A DNA stretch of 64,000 nt from Azolla caroliniana (Eukaryota; Plantae; Polypodiophyta). Positions 11,247-25,101 of the stretch are shown in pieces. Numbering within the stretch: the first letter of the stretch is position 1; the number at the start of each line of letters is the position of its first letter. The notes beneath the pieces are model-generated. The model saw only the letters and a program-made list of their open reading frames with translations, was not told the DNA's origin and made no database searches. The stretch is from the NCBI GenBank assembly GCA_043228905.1, contig JBHGNT010000005.1, positions 11,780,001 to 11,844,000 of the forward strand, given 5' to 3'. The position numbers and the translations under genes were made by a program.

Positions 11247-14200
11247 ACACCACACAAAACTCAGATTCAAAATAATAACGCTCTCTACATAGAACACGCT
11301 CAGAGATTACTTTTATACAAGTCCATATGGACTGATACAAGTATTGAATCATACTTCAATGCTCATTAATGAGACTCCTACACTAACTCCCAAAAATATT
11401 CCTTCGCGGAATATCTATTTAACAGCCTCTGGGTTTACGCACCACTACACCCGCTAGTTGTGCGCACGGTTACGCACCTAGTCTATGCATTGGTTTACTC
11501 ACCCAATGTTGAGCTTGTATCTCAACACTCCCCCTCAAGCTCAACTTGACATTCTGCCTACTCTTCTGGATCTTCGGTCCGGCTTCTCCTGGCTTCACGC
11601 CTGGCTTGTGCTCCTCGACCCGTTCAATTCCACGCGCCTCGACCCTTTCGGTCGGCTTGTCTGCTCATGTGGCCCTTCTTAGCTCCCTTGCTATCGCGAT
11701 GTTGGTGCCTCTTTCGCTACCCTTTCCTCCACTTGGCTTTTAGTTGATTCGGCATGTCCGAATCGAACATTTCGATTGAATCGATCACTTCCGATTCATC
11801 TCCGCTTTCGCCTGAATTGGCTGTCTCCAATTCTTGTTCTGTCTTCAGGCCCTTAACCATATCCGACCATGTCTTGGCCTTGGCCTTTACGCTCTCCTTG
11901 GTTTTATCTTCCCCTAGCTTGGCTGTCTTCGGCTCTTCCCTGCGGTTACGGCCCCTATTTTATCCATCGGCTTCTTCAGCCGACCCGAAATTGAATTCTT
12001 CATTTAACTTGGCATCGCTCCTTTCACGCTCTTGTTCCTGTCTCCCCCTGAAGTTTGGCGTGTCGAGGCGGCGCAACCCAAGCGCACCCGAGAATTGCCG
12101 TAACTTGTCGAGACCAAGGGGCTTGGTGAAGATGTCATCCATCTGTCGACTTGTCTGAACATCTACTAGTCCGACTTCACCGTAGAGAACACAATCGCGA
12201 ACAAAATAGTAATGCATCTCAATGTGCTTGGTCCAAGCATGGAAGATGGGGTTCTTCCCAAGTTGGATGTTGCTAAGGTTGTCGCAATAGATTGGCGTCG
12301 GAGCGGACATCTCCACATGCAGATCCTTGAGTAGTCTCTTGAGCCAAATGACTTCGCATGTAGGGACAACCGCCCCTCAATATTCAGCCTCCGTGCTCGA
12401 CAATGCTACTGTTGGCTGCTTCTTACTGCTCCACGTGATCACCGCACTTCCCAATGAGAATGCGTATCCGGATGTGGATCTGTGATCGCCGGCATGTCCG
12501 GCCCAATCCACTTCTATGTAGCCAACTAACTGTACGACTACGCCTGCCCGATACAACAACATAGTGTCCTTAGTGCCGCGGACATATCGCAATATCTTTG
12601 CGTGCATGGAAAATGTTCAAATGTGGATTGCGACATAGATTGACTGATCAGGCCGACTGGGTAGGTGAGGTCCGGCCAAGTGATCGTCAAATAAATTAGG
12701 CTTCCGATAATCTGGCGGAACCGTGTCGGGTCACACGCCTTTCCCGAATCTCGGCGAAGCTTGACATTTCTATCGAGAGGGGTCGAGATGGGCTTACAAT
12801 CTGCCATCCCGAACTTGAAGAGCATATTCAATGCATAGTGATGCTAGCTGATCAATATGCCTTCGGGGGTACGGATAACTTAGATCCCGAGGAAGTAATG
12901 AAGGTTGCCAAGATCCTTCATTTAGAACGATGCCGCAAGATGAGACTTTACGAGGTAGATTTCATCTAGGTCAGCACCAGGGATGACTAGATCATCAACA
13001 TAAAGTAAGAGGCTAACTGGGCCATGTCGACCTTGCCGAGCAAACAATGAAGTGTCCGACTTCGATGACACAAACCCCATCTGACAAAAATGTTGCGTAA
13101 TCTTTGCGTTCCAAGCTCATGGGGCTTGCTGAAGTCCGTAGAGGGACTTCTTGAGTTGGTAAACTGCCGAGGTGTTCCGGTCAGATAGAAATCTAGGAAG
13201 CTGCACCATGTACACCTGTTCCTCAAGATCACCTTGCAGGAACACATTCTTTACATCCATCTGATGTAAGTGCCACGCCTTGCAGAACATGGCCAGTGGT
13301 CATGTTCGTGATAGGCGTGAAGGTCTCGTTGTAATCGATGTTGCGCTTCTGCACGTAGCCTTTCACCACTAACTGGGGCTTGTATCGGTTGACTGAGCTG
13401 TCGGTGTTGTACTTCACCTTGTACACCCATCTGCATCTGATCGGATTCACACCTTTAAGTGTGTCAACCAGATCCTAAGTCTCATTGTCTGTAATGCGCC
13501 TATCTCTTCCTTCATGGTGGCATGCCAGTTCGCGTCCTTCGTCGCTTTTGCGTAGTTCTCCGGCTCATGCAGTTCCGCCACTCGTGTCATCTACATGTAA
13601 TGATGCGCCATGTACTCGTTGTATCCGAAGCACACCATGGGCTTCTTCCAGCGGGTAGACCGACGTAATTGCTCATTAGCCAATTTTGAGGCCCTCTTGG
13701 CTGACGCGGACTTCGTTTCTGGAGTTCCATCTTCATTCTTCTCGGAGTCGGATTCGCGTCGATCCAACTTGTCCTTATCAGTGCCGTACTCCGGCATTTT
13801 CTTCTTTCCCTTCTCTTCGCCCGTAAGCTATCTCCTTGGCTTCTTGCGCGGGGAATGCATGACCGAGTCACCACTACTCGCCGGCTCTGCGTCTGACTAG
13901 TCAAGCCGACTCAGTCTCTCATTCGGCCCACTTAACCTGAATGAGATCGAACTCTCTTTGGGAGCTCCGATGTCTCCTTCATCCTGAGTCATTTCAGCCT
14001 TGCTGACCTCTTAGTTAGTGACTAGAATGGAGTTGTTAGTGGTTCAAGGCGAAGGCAAGTACCACGACGCGACTCGTCGAACACAACATCACGACTTACG
14101 CGAGCTTGTTTGGTTCGAGCGTTATAACACTTATAACCCTTATGTTCGTCCAAGTAGCCAACCAAGATACACTTCTCGGATTTGGCATCCTGCTTCCTTC

Positions 14201-14444
14201 GTTTCTCCTTCGACACATGCACATACACGATGCTACCGAAAACCCTCAAGTGTGCCAAGTTCAGCTTCTTCTTGAAGTACAATTCATGTGGCGAAACTCC
14301 TCCATTAGCAGAAGTCCAATTCTGCAAGTAAACAACTGTCCTCACGGCTTCAACCCAATAAAATTTCGGCATATGCTTCTCTTCGAGCATTGCCCTGGCC
14401 GCCTCTTCGGCCAAACCATTTTGTTGCGGCATGTATCTGGAACA
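11074..14444 (-). mobile_element. Ty1/copia: 3' LTR 11074-11527, PPT, degraded RNaseH/RT/integrase
   Basis: TG..CA LTR followed by CTCCCCCTC; WSSKKQPTVALSSTEAEY; RWVYKVKY; PQQNG.AE. Confidence 0.85.
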
Positions 14445-17400
14445 AGTGGGTGTACAAGTTGAACCTGGGGTACTCTGAAAATCCACTAAGGTATAAGTCC
14501 CGCATTGTGGTGAAGGCCTTCTAGCAGAAGAAAGGAGTGGATTTCGATGAGGTCTTTGCCCGGGTAGTGAAGATGACATCCATCTGGACGGTGTTGAGCA
14601 TAGTAGCAAGCATGGACCTCGAGGTAGAGCAACTAGCAACTAGACATCAAGACGATGTTCCTACATGGCAACCTCGAAGAAGAGATCTACATGCAACAAC
14701 CGGAAGGATTCATCAGAAAAGGGAAGGTCCACTTGGTATGCTGGTCAAAGAAGAGCTTATACGGACTGAAGCCAGCTCCCCGGAAATGGTACCGGAAGTT
14801 CACTCCTTCATGACCAACAAGGGGTACCAAAGAACGCAGGCTGATCACTCCGTGTTTGTGAAGAAGTTTGACGGAGGAGATTTTCTCATCCTCCTGTTGT
14901 ATGTGGATGACCTGTTGATTGTCAGACGAGACCATATGAAGATCTGAGTGCTGAAGAAGGCCTTGAGTAGGTCATTCTCGATGAAGGATATGGGTCCGGT
15001 AGAAGAAATCCTAGGGATGCACATTGTTCGGGATCGAACAAAGAAATTATTGTGGTTGTCACAAGAAAAGCATGTGACAAAGGTGCTCTAGAGATTAAGC
15101 ATGGAGAGCGCGAAGTTGGTCGGCTCGACACTACCGACGAACTACAAGCTTAGTAAAGATCAATGTCCGAAATCGAGAACAGAAAAGGCGGTTGAAAGCC
15201 TGATGTATGCAATGGTTTGTACCAGGTTGGACATAGGATACGCAGTCGGAGTGGTCAGCCGATATATGAGCAATCCCGGTAGAGAGCATTGGGCTGCTGT
15301 GAAGTTGTTGAGAATCGAACTCAACTTCCCAAAGATAGGTTTCACACTAGCTCATGGACATACCATGCTAGTTTTGTAAATAGTAGAAAGGGAACTTGCC
15401 CTAGCTTAGTTTGTATATAAACCAACGCATTGTAACTTAGTTGTGTTGAATGTTTTATGTTTTGATGTATTTTTGGTTAATATACATTTTGTTTCCATCT
15501 CTGTCTTAAGAGCTCTCTCTCTCTGTCTTGACACACACACACACACACACACACACTCATCTTCCGCTGCATTACAACCACTCTTGCCTCATCATTTCTT
15601 TACATGGTATCAGAGCGTGTGGTTGCCTGATCAAGCATTTTCGACTGTGTGTGCTACACGTCGACGATCAACAGAACCAGCTCATCGACAAAGAAAAAAT
15701 CACCATGAATACTCAAATGGGAAGCGCCCTCCCTACCGAGAAGCTCGACAGAACGAACTTTGCATCTTGGGAATACAAGATGCATCAATATCCTGTCAGA
15801 CAAGGCTATTGGAGCTACATCAAAGGAGCTCACAAATCACACCCCAACCCAACACACGCCGACTATCCCGCATAGGAGCAGGCCGCAAGCCGTGTGTTGT
15901 ATTATCTTGCATCATGTGTTCATGATCATATGCTTGGCTATATTCGAGAGGCAAAAACTCCGAAGTAGGTGTGGGAAAACCTCAAGAAGATCTTTGCAGC
16001 CAATACGGCCGCACGAAAGCTCCAACTTCAACAAGAGCTGAACAAACTTCAACAAAAGAACATGTCAATTAGCAACTACACCTTAAAGATAAAGGAGTTG
16101 TACGATGACCTTGGATCAATCAATGCTAGCATTGACGATGAAGAAATGGTGTAGATATGCCTCGGTGGCTTAGCACCGCGATTTGGTGCAATAAGATCGG
16201 CCGTTCTCGCGAGAGGGAATCCTCCCTCCTTTTTTGATCTCCAATCGTTATTGTTGGTCGAAGAGAATCACGTGCATCAAAGGAACAACACACATGAAGG
16301 ATATATGCTATATTTGAACTTAGATGGAGGAAGAGGACATGGTCGCAACAGGAGAGGCCAACACGGCCAAGGTCGACACAATCAACATTGTAACTCCCAC
16401 CAATGGGAAGCAGATAGAAACGGCCCTAGAGAGTTCGGTGGAAGGGGGAGTCATCACGCCAGACCAAGCAACCGTAGGAACCCAGTTGAGTGCGGGTACT
16501 ACGGAAAACCCGGCCACTACAAAGAGGAGTGTCGGAAGAAGAAGCGTGAGCAAGGCCGACAACTAACAAATTACGCCACGAACTCCGACTATGACGACCG
16601 CGGTGGAATGTTCATAATGAAGCACGAAGTGCACTCAATGTCTACACTTGCGTCAACTACCACTTCCACTCCGAACAACGTATGGTTTGTCGATTTGGGA
16701 GCATCCAATCACATGATGTCCCATGAAGATTGGCTTCAGGAACTTCGGAAGCCCGAACGTCCCGGATATGTCAAAATTGGAGATGACACGACTCACCCCA
16801 TATATCATATCGGGAATGTCCCATTCGGAAAAGACGGCAAACAAACTTACCTCAAGAACGTGTTGCATGTCCCCACCATTACGAAAAAGTCTCAGTCGAC
16901 CAGATTGTTAAACAAAGAATGCAAGTACGCTTCAATAATGATGGATGCTTCATCGAAAAAGGCGATCAAGTCGTAGCTCACGGCCGACGAGAAGGCCGTA
17001 TGTTCATCCTCGAATCGAGCGAGGTAAAATCAGCCATGTATGGAAAGGGGCAGAAAGTCGAAATCAACTTAAAACTGTGGCACAAGAGAAGTGGCCACAT
17101 TAATCTCCAAAAACTATAAAACATCCAATCGAAAGGAGTCGTAATCGGATTCCCGAACTTTACGGCAAAGGAGATTACAGGCGTATGCGAAGCATGTCAG
17201 TTTGGAAAACAACGTCGTCACCCATTCCCTAACTAGACGAATGTGAGCAAAGGGATCCTGGTTGTTGTACATATAGAATACAATGCCGATGGATCCGTAA
17301 ATCGATTCAAGGCACGGCTTGTTGTGAAAGGCTATGCGCAATCGCATGACATAGACTGCGAAGAAACCTTTGCGCCAGTGGCAAAGATGACAACTGTACG

Positions 17401-19270
17401 GACAATAATTGCACTTGCCGCTGTGAAGGGATGGCACCTTCACTAGATGGACATGAAAAATGCTTTCCTCCAAGGAGAGTTAGAAGAAGAGGTGTACATG
17501 ATACAACCACCTGGATTCGAATCGCGTAAGCATCCGCACGCCGTATGCCAACTCAACAAGCCACTCTACGGCCTCAAACAAGCACCGCGTGCTTGGCACT
17601 CGAAGATCACGCAATATCTTCACCAAGTCAGATTTTAGATGTCAAAATCTGACACCTCTCTGTACATCTGAAACGAGTGAGATAGCCTGATCATCATCTT
17701 CTTGTACGTGGATGACTTGGTCATTGGAGGGAAGCATCTCACCGAGATTAACAAAGTCAAATCACTTCTTTCCGGCAAATTCAAAATGAAAGACTTACAC
17801 GAGCTCCATTACTTCCTTAGTATTGAAGTAATTCGGACACCAGTTGGAACAATGATCTCTCAACGACACTACATTCTCAACGTACTCTACAAGTTCAGAA
17901 TGACCGAGTGCAAGCCTGTGTCTACCCCTCTTGATCATAATATGAAGATCGATGCCAATTCCGGAACCACTGAGAGTGAGCCGACTTAGTATCCACAACT
18001 GATCGGTAGTTTGATCTATCTAGCCAATTTATGCAGAATCTGTGAAATCTTCATCTGGACTGCGCTAAGAGGATACTTCGGTATGTCAGCACGACAATGT
18101 ACTACGACATTATGTACAAAACCAATGCAATCATTCGACTAAAAGGGTACACAGACGAGGACTGGGCAGGATATCCACATCCGCATTCGTCTTCTCTCTT
18201 GGTAGCGGAGCGATCTCTTGGAGTAGTAGGAAGTAGTCGACAATCACACTGTCGAGCACGAAAGCCGAACACAGGGGCGCAACAGTTGCTGCATGCGAAG
18301 CCGTCTGGCTCAAACGCATACTAAAGGATCTGGGTGTATCCATCAAGGATCCGGTTCGCCTATACTGCAACAACATGAGCAGTATCTACCTGGAGCGGAA
18401 TCTCGTATTCCACGCGCGGACTAAACATATCGAGATCCACTACCACTTCATGCGCGAGCGCGTACAGGCCGGAGAGATCAACCTACAACACATTAGTACG
18501 CACCTCCAGGTTGCTGATATTTTCACGAAAGCTCTAGGCGTCGACAAGCTCGGGCAATTTGCATCGGCCCTTGGTCTCACGACATCTACATTGCCGAGCT
18601 TGAGAGGGACTACGCAGCATACGCAACACGCAATAAGAAGCGTAAAGCAATAAAGACGGAATTTGATTCCTTAAATCGAAGTACTTCGAAGATCGAAACA
18701 ACTTTTCGACAGATGGATGTTGTGTTCGAAGGGGCGTGTTGAGAATCGAACTCAACTTCCTAAATATAGGTTTCACACTAGCTCATGGACATACCAGGCT
18801 AGTTTTGTAAATAGTAGAAAGGGCATTTGCCCTAGCTTAGTTGGTATATAAACCAACGCATTGTAACTTAGTTGTGTTGGATGTTTTATGTTTTGATGTA
18901 TTTTTGGTTAATATACATTTTGTTTCCATCTCTGTCTTAAGAGCTCTCTCTCTCTGTCTTGAGACACACACACACACTCATCTTCCGTTGCATTACAACC
19001 ACTCTTGCCTCATCATTTCTTTATAGAAGTGGATACTTCGGTACCTGAGAGGCACCTCGAATATGTGTCTTTGTTTCGGCTGAGGTAACTCCACATTGGA
19101 AGATTACATGGATTCGGACATGTCGGCTGATGCAGATACCAACCTATCCACATCCGGATATGTTATGACTTATGCAAGGGGCACTGTCTCATGGTAATTC
19201 AGGTTGCAGAAGGTCGTGGCTCTGTCGACCATGGAAGCCGAGTATATGGCCACAACAGAAGCCGACAAGG
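14445..19270 (+). mobile_element. Tnt1/Tork-like copia RT-RNaseH remnant split by the 15306-19025 insertion
   Basis: LLLYVDD; HWAAVK before 15306 continues as WILRYLRGTS after 19026. Confidence 0.8.
15306..19025 (+). mobile_element. Ty1/copia with both LTRs (15306-15604, 18737-19025), pseudogenised, integrase core deleted
   Basis: TSD GAAGT on both sides; PBS TGGTATCAGAGC 15605-15616; gag, protease (WFVDLGAS), RT (YVDD), RNaseH; sequence jumps from pre-integrase to RT near 17260. Confidence 0.92.
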
Positions 19271-20365
19271 AACCCTTCGGTTTGTCTGACTAGCCAACCA
19301 AGATACACTTTTCAGCTTTTGTGTCCAGCTTCCTTTGTTTCTCCTTCGGCACATGCACATACGCGATGCTATTGAAAACCCTCAAGTGTGCCACGTTCGG
19401 CTTCTTCCTGAAGTACAATTCATGTGGCGACACTCCTCCATTAGCAGAAGTCCGATTTTGCAAGTAAACAACCGTCCTCACAGCTTCAACCCAATAAAAT
19501 TTTTGGCATATGCTTCTCTTCGAGCATTGCCTTGGCTAGCTCTTCGATCGTTTGATTTTTCCGCTCAGCCATGTCGTTCTGATGCGGCATGTATCTGCAG
19601 GAGAATTCGCGACGAATTCCTTCGTCTTGCAGATAGTTTGAGAACTGGTCGTAGAAGTACTCCTTCCCACCATCGGACCTTAGGCACTTGATCTTTCATC
19701 TGGTTTACCTTTTTCCAAGGCTCTTTACCTTTAGGAAACACACAAAGACTTCACTCTCTTTCGCAATCAAGCACGCCCAAGTGCCGAGAGAATTCATCGA
19801 TGAAAGTCACGAAATATCTGCTTTCACCGACACTCACGTTCTGTGCCGGTCCCCATACATCCGAATGGATCACATCGAGTGGATTTTGACTTCGGTTACA
19901 CTCTTTGGGGAATGGAAATCGGTGATGCTTTCCCAACTAGCAGGCTTCGTAGACTTGGCCTTTTCGGCCACTGAATTTCGGCCAATAGACCTACACCATT
20001 TCGTCCTCTTTGACATTTACATCGATGGAGGTGAGGGAGTTTCAAATGTCCTTGATCTTGGAGGTGTAACCAGCCACCGACATATCCCGTTATCGAACAT
20101 TGCTCAACTCTTGCTTGAGTTGAAGCTTCTTGGCTGTGGTGCTTGCGCCGAAAATCTTTTTCAGATTTTCCCAAGCATCGTTTGGCGTCTTCGCATCCTC
20201 TATGTAGCTTAGAAGTTGATCGCTCACACAGGATGCAAAGCAGTAGAGAACTCTGCTTGTCACTTGTTCTCAGGCCGGAAAGTCTTTGTGTGTCGGTTTG
20301 GGTGCTGTGTCATTTGCACCATCGACATAACTCTAATAGCCGTGCCCGAGCAGGTACTGAACACA
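19270..20365 (-). mobile_element. Ty1/copia gag/integrase remnant
   Basis: IHSDVWGP, FVTFIDE, AHLRVF, KCILVG. Confidence 0.8.
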
Positions 20366-21164
20366 TTCACGTTCAGAAGTGGAAGGATCATGCATTCCAC
20401 TTTTAGATTCCCTTTGTAGTCACACAATTTTAGCCTGTTGTGAAATCAGACGTGCATCTTTTAGTAATGCATATGTGTTCTTGAACATGTTGCCCCAACC
20501 ATCCCTCACCACTTCTTTCAATAATGCCTTTCCTTGCTTGCACACCACAATGTAGTAGTCTTCTAAATCTTCATTCTGAGGAGATTTGAGCACCGCAAAA
20601 TTATCTCCAACTTCCAATAAAATTGCCAAGTCTTGATGTTGGTTGTAGTATACAATATCGTTTGAATGTGCATCCTATTCAATATCATTTGGTCGTTCAG
20701 GCTCAAGCTTTCGCAACTTTCAGGGCTCCACGATTGATAGGTTGATGCATTTATCCCAAGCTTCATCTATACACATGGAACAAAAGCATGATAAAGTACG
20801 GAGTAACAATTGTGTTGTGTCCTTGTGGCTAAACCCTAATACACAATGGGTGCTTCGTGTGCCTTTCACGGTTTTACAACCATATGATTTAGTTCTATTG
20901 ACCTCATCATCGCCAACCTCAACAAACAATCTGTTCTTACCATCATTTGACATCTTTCATGTTAGCCACTCCACAACATCATGTGCATTTTGTAACTTAG
21001 CACCATTATTATCCAACTGCTCACTTGTAAGGGCATGTTTGATCACAACCCCCGCGCCATCATGCTCTCCTTTTCCATGTCCAGACCCGAAGTAGTTCCA
21101 TTGCATACGAATGTTGAATAAGGAGAAGTACCTGCTTTTGTATCCCAGGTTTCCAACAAACATT

Positions 21165-22130
21165 AGTACTATGTTGTCAATCGAGAGTACTATACATCCA
21201 TTAATACTGATTTAGTACAAATACAAAACAAAGCATAGCACAACGTATCCATGGAGAACACTCTACACTGATTAAAAGATAAATAGTATTATGTTGTCAA
21301 CCAACAGTACTTAGCACCCATTAATACTAATTTAGTACGGATACAACACAAAGCATAGTACAATGTGTTCATGGAAAACACTCTACATGTATTAAAAGAT
21401 AATTAGTACAAACTCATCAATATTGGACAATACTATGTTGCTGACGACGAGTACTTTATATCCATTAATACTGATTTAGTACAGATAAAACACACAACAC
21501 AGTACAATGTGTCCATGGAGAACACAACATGGATTAAAAGATAATTAGTACAAACTCTTCAATATATGACAGTACTATGAGTACAAGACATGTACTTTAC
21601 ATCCTTCAATAAATACTGATATAGTACAGATACAACACACAGTACAATACAGTGTGTCCATGGAGAACACTCAACATGGATTAAAAGATAATTAGTACAA
21701 ACTCTTCAATATAGGACAGTACTATGAGTACAAGACATGTACTTTACATCCTTCAATAAATACTGATTTAGTATAGATACAACGCACAATACAATACAAT
21801 GTGTCCATGGAGAACACTTAACATGGATTAAAAGATAATTAGTACAAACTCTTAAGGATGGACAATACTATGAGTACAAGACGCGTACTTTACATCCTTC
21901 AATAAATACTAATTTAGTATAGATACAACGCACAATACAATACAATGTGTCCATGGAGAGCACTCAACATGGACTAAAAGATACTTAGTACAAACTCTTA
22001 AGAACGGCCAATACTATGAGTACAGGACGAGTACTTTACATTCCTCAATAAATACTAATTTAGTACAGATACAACACACAACACAGTACAATGTGTCTAT
22101 GGAGAACACTTCACATGGATTAAAAGAAAA
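21165..22130. repeat. Tandem repeat, about 146-bp unit (about 7 units, first shorter), inside a transposase intron
   Basis: CCATGGAGAACAC-like anchor at 21249, 21369, 21513, 21658, 21805, 21951, 22097. Confidence 0.9.
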
Positions 22131-23127
22131 AAAACACAGATTCACGTGACAAGATGGTACTATGTGATCAATCAAGAACACTTAACATAGTTACAAACAT
22201 AATTAGTATGCATGCACTAACACAAGAATAATTTCCTTAGAGATTGCATTATAAGTACTAAACATATGGATTAAAAATTACCTAGCGATAAAGTAGAATG
22301 ATCGTGCCGCCTTAAACTGCGAGGCAACACCATCAGACCAAACCCAATGACGGTTAAAGTTAAACCCTAGAGACAATAAATCTGCATGGTGAAGCTTAAA
22401 ACAATGTTGAACAAATAGTGTATCATGCTTTTTATCATCTGAAATGTAAAATATTGATTTCTTATGTAACTCACTATCTTGTCTCCAATAGCAAATATGT
22501 ACAAGTATTGTACATTGATCATTGTACCAATGCATTGATTGAACCTCATTTTGAACTTTAAATGTATAGTTTTCTGCAAAGTCAATAACAGATACGATGA
22601 CACCCATTGGTAAGTTATTAATATATTCCTTGAACTGTGAATTTTGCCAATGACTCCGGAAGTTATGTGGAATGAACTCCCCAAGTTGTTTCTTAAATTC
22701 TGAGACAAGGGTAGCAGCACATGTCTCCTTCTATACTTCCTTGATACGCTTAGTTACAAGTCCCTTGCCAATATTTTCAGTCACATACCCTAAATATTTC
22801 CATTTCACAATATGACAGTTTCCCAAATCAAGCTCCTACCTACAAAATAATGGTAGCGGACAAACCTTACATGTTCTTAAAAGACATGCCCTCTTGGCAA
22901 CAAGTTTGTCTATGCTCTCTACACCTTTCACTAAGTCTAGGGATGACTTCATAGACTCTACAATCTCTTCTGAAACACATTGGTCCCTAAATTTTATTCT
23001 CCCCATGTCTTCATTCAAACGTTGTCGTAGTGTATTTCGTACACTACGTGAAAAAGTAAAAATAATATAACCGATTTAATTACATATAAATAAATAAAAT
23101 AATATATCAAGATATTTATCACGTGCA

Positions 23128-23190
23128 TAGGGCAAGATTCGAACCTTGTACCTCCACGTAGCCAAACCTCAACTTTACCATTATGCTACC
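23128..23190 (-). other. tRNA-derived (SINE-like) fragment inside a transposase intron
   Basis: Minus strand TAGCATAATGGTAAAG (A box) ... GGTTCGAATC (B box) at tRNA spacing; no convincing full cloverleaf. Confidence 0.5.
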
Positions 23191-24220
23191 TTATCTTTAA
23201 TGTTTTATAAATAGATTTAATAACTATAACTCCTTTATTTGCGCCTACCTTTATTAAAAGGTAAATCATGTATTTTTAGAGTGCGTCAATATTTTATAGA
23301 AAAACGCAAGCAACTAAAAAGTGACTCATGCACATCTAGCGTGCATGAGCACTATATTTAGCAAATAAAAGCAAGGATTAGAAAAGCATCACATGCACAT
23401 TTAGTGTGCATGAACGTATTAGAAAAAGCATGTAGCTATGCTTAGTCTCTCCCATCACTATATAAGGATGGGGAGCACATTGTAGTTTTTGTTGATTATT
23501 TTTCTATAATGATCAATCAATCTAAAATATTCGTGGGATTCACGAATTTGCTAAAATAATTCTCTCTTACTACCTAAATATTGACTAAATATACTAAACT
23601 CGTGGGATTCACGAATGTTGCCATCAAAAATTACTCTTATAATCTAAATATTGTTTTAAAATACACTAAACTCGTGGGATTCACGAGATTACTATCTTAC
23701 TTCTCTTCCTATTATTCATAACTAGCCTTAAGTTGTATTCCTCTTCCTCCTAGTCCAAAACCTCGGCGGTTCCCACCCGACTCACGCAACGATCCGAAGC
23801 CGAAAGGCACGACAACGTTGATGGTGTAACACTCTACATATAATATCCCTACAATCCACTTCACCAAATCTCTTCGTTATTTCTACCAAATAACGGACTA
23901 TGTGAAGAACCACTCGTCTCTTGGTCCTTTCAGATATACATGAGTTACTTGACAACTCACTCTCGTTGGGGATCCCCATTTGGTCACTAGATTTCTCCAA
24001 AAAAATTAAGTGTCTTGCGAGAGAAGTTAATGTTATATAGCCTACACTAAGAAATCACAATCAAATGTTTTTAAATGCGGCCTGCAAAGTGAGAAATAAT
24101 TCATTTCGGACATTAGAATTACGGATCAAAGATGACAATTATCATTTCTTTATTCACAAATTTCTAAAAATGAAAAAATTTAGTACTGAAAATGAAAAAA
24201 TAGTTCTGAAATTTAGTACT

Positions 24221-24540
24221 GGAAAGGAACCTCCAATGGTGGAGGGAGCATTGAATCTGTGTGATATGCCGCCTCGATTTGGTGGAAGGAACCTCCAATG
24301 GTGGAGGGAGCGTTGAATCTGTGTGATATGCCGCCTCGATTTGGTGGAAGGAACCTCCAATGGTGGAGGGAGCGTTAAATCTGTGTGATATGCCGCCTCG
24401 ATTTGGTGGAATGAACCTCCAATGGTGGAGGGAGCCTTGAATCGTTGTGATATGCCGCCTTCGATTTGGTGGAAGGAACCTCCAATGGTGGAGGGAGCCT
24501 TGAATCTTTGTGATATGCCACCTTGATTCGGTGGAAGGAT
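24221..24540. repeat. Tandem repeat, 62-bp unit x5, each with a CCTCCA-ATGG-TGGAGG hairpin
   Basis: Unit anchors at about 24222, 24284, 24346, 24408, 24471. Confidence 0.9.
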
Positions 24541-25101
24541 CCTCGCCTCAGTGGAAAAAGCCTCAAATCACTGCAAGATAAACTGCAATCGGTGGAAGAA
24601 GCAAGAAAATCGCTCTCGAAGAAGTCACTATTGGTTGTTATAAGAGGCCTCAAAACAGTCTCTAATCCTCAACTCAAACACTAAAACAGAAACCCTAACA
24701 AAACAAGAAATCCGCAACTCAAAACCAGAAACCTGACATGGATGTCTGAGATATGCTCCCTAAACCCTAACGAATGTTATATATTGGAGGAAAACTAGAA
24801 ACCTGACATGGATGTCTAAGATGAAGAGCTCAGAGGGATAGAGGAAGAGGAGTAAGAGGAGTTGGTTTGAGGGGAAGCGCCAAAAACGGCGTGAGGGGAA
24901 AATAGGCCCCAAAATGGAAAGAACATCTCCTCACGTGTTCCCCCCACTCCTTGTCTTAAATGACACTTGTACTACACTCACCCCACTCCCCAAAATCGTT
25001 TTTTTTTTCTCAATTATTTAGTACTAATAGTATCGAAAGCACTGACATTTTTTGTTGCCAAAAACAGTACTTTTCTGGTACACCATAGCGTGCTTCCACC
25101 C

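Larger units (their letters stand above)
20420..24000 (-). pseudogene. Spliced Sola2-like transposase pseudogene; introns 23044-23785 and 21132-22281
   Basis: DFAENY..Q.EVQSMHW, ISDDKKHD, WSDGVASQFK, FGSGHGKGEHDGAG. Both GT-AG introns restore the frame and the product is collinear with the 55983-57533 protein. Frameshifts and a deletion elsewhere. Confidence 0.8.
20420..25101 (-). mobile_element. Sola2-like DDD DNA transposon, locus 1 (degraded; left end lost)
   Basis: Transposase exons, tandem repeats and telo-boxes. Abrupt junction with copia sequence after ..CCACCC (25101), i.e. a candidate 5'-GGG terminus. Confidence 0.65.

Noticed and set aside
11039-11369. SL/ER-repeat ORFs (also 3679, 46617, 57767, 63131)
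   Set aside because: Translations of (GA)n tracts, LTR repeats or other non-coding LTR sequence.
24221-24540. CRISPR-like hairpin repeats
   Set aside because: Units are contiguous with no unique spacers, there are no cas genes, and the context is eukaryotic TE sequence.
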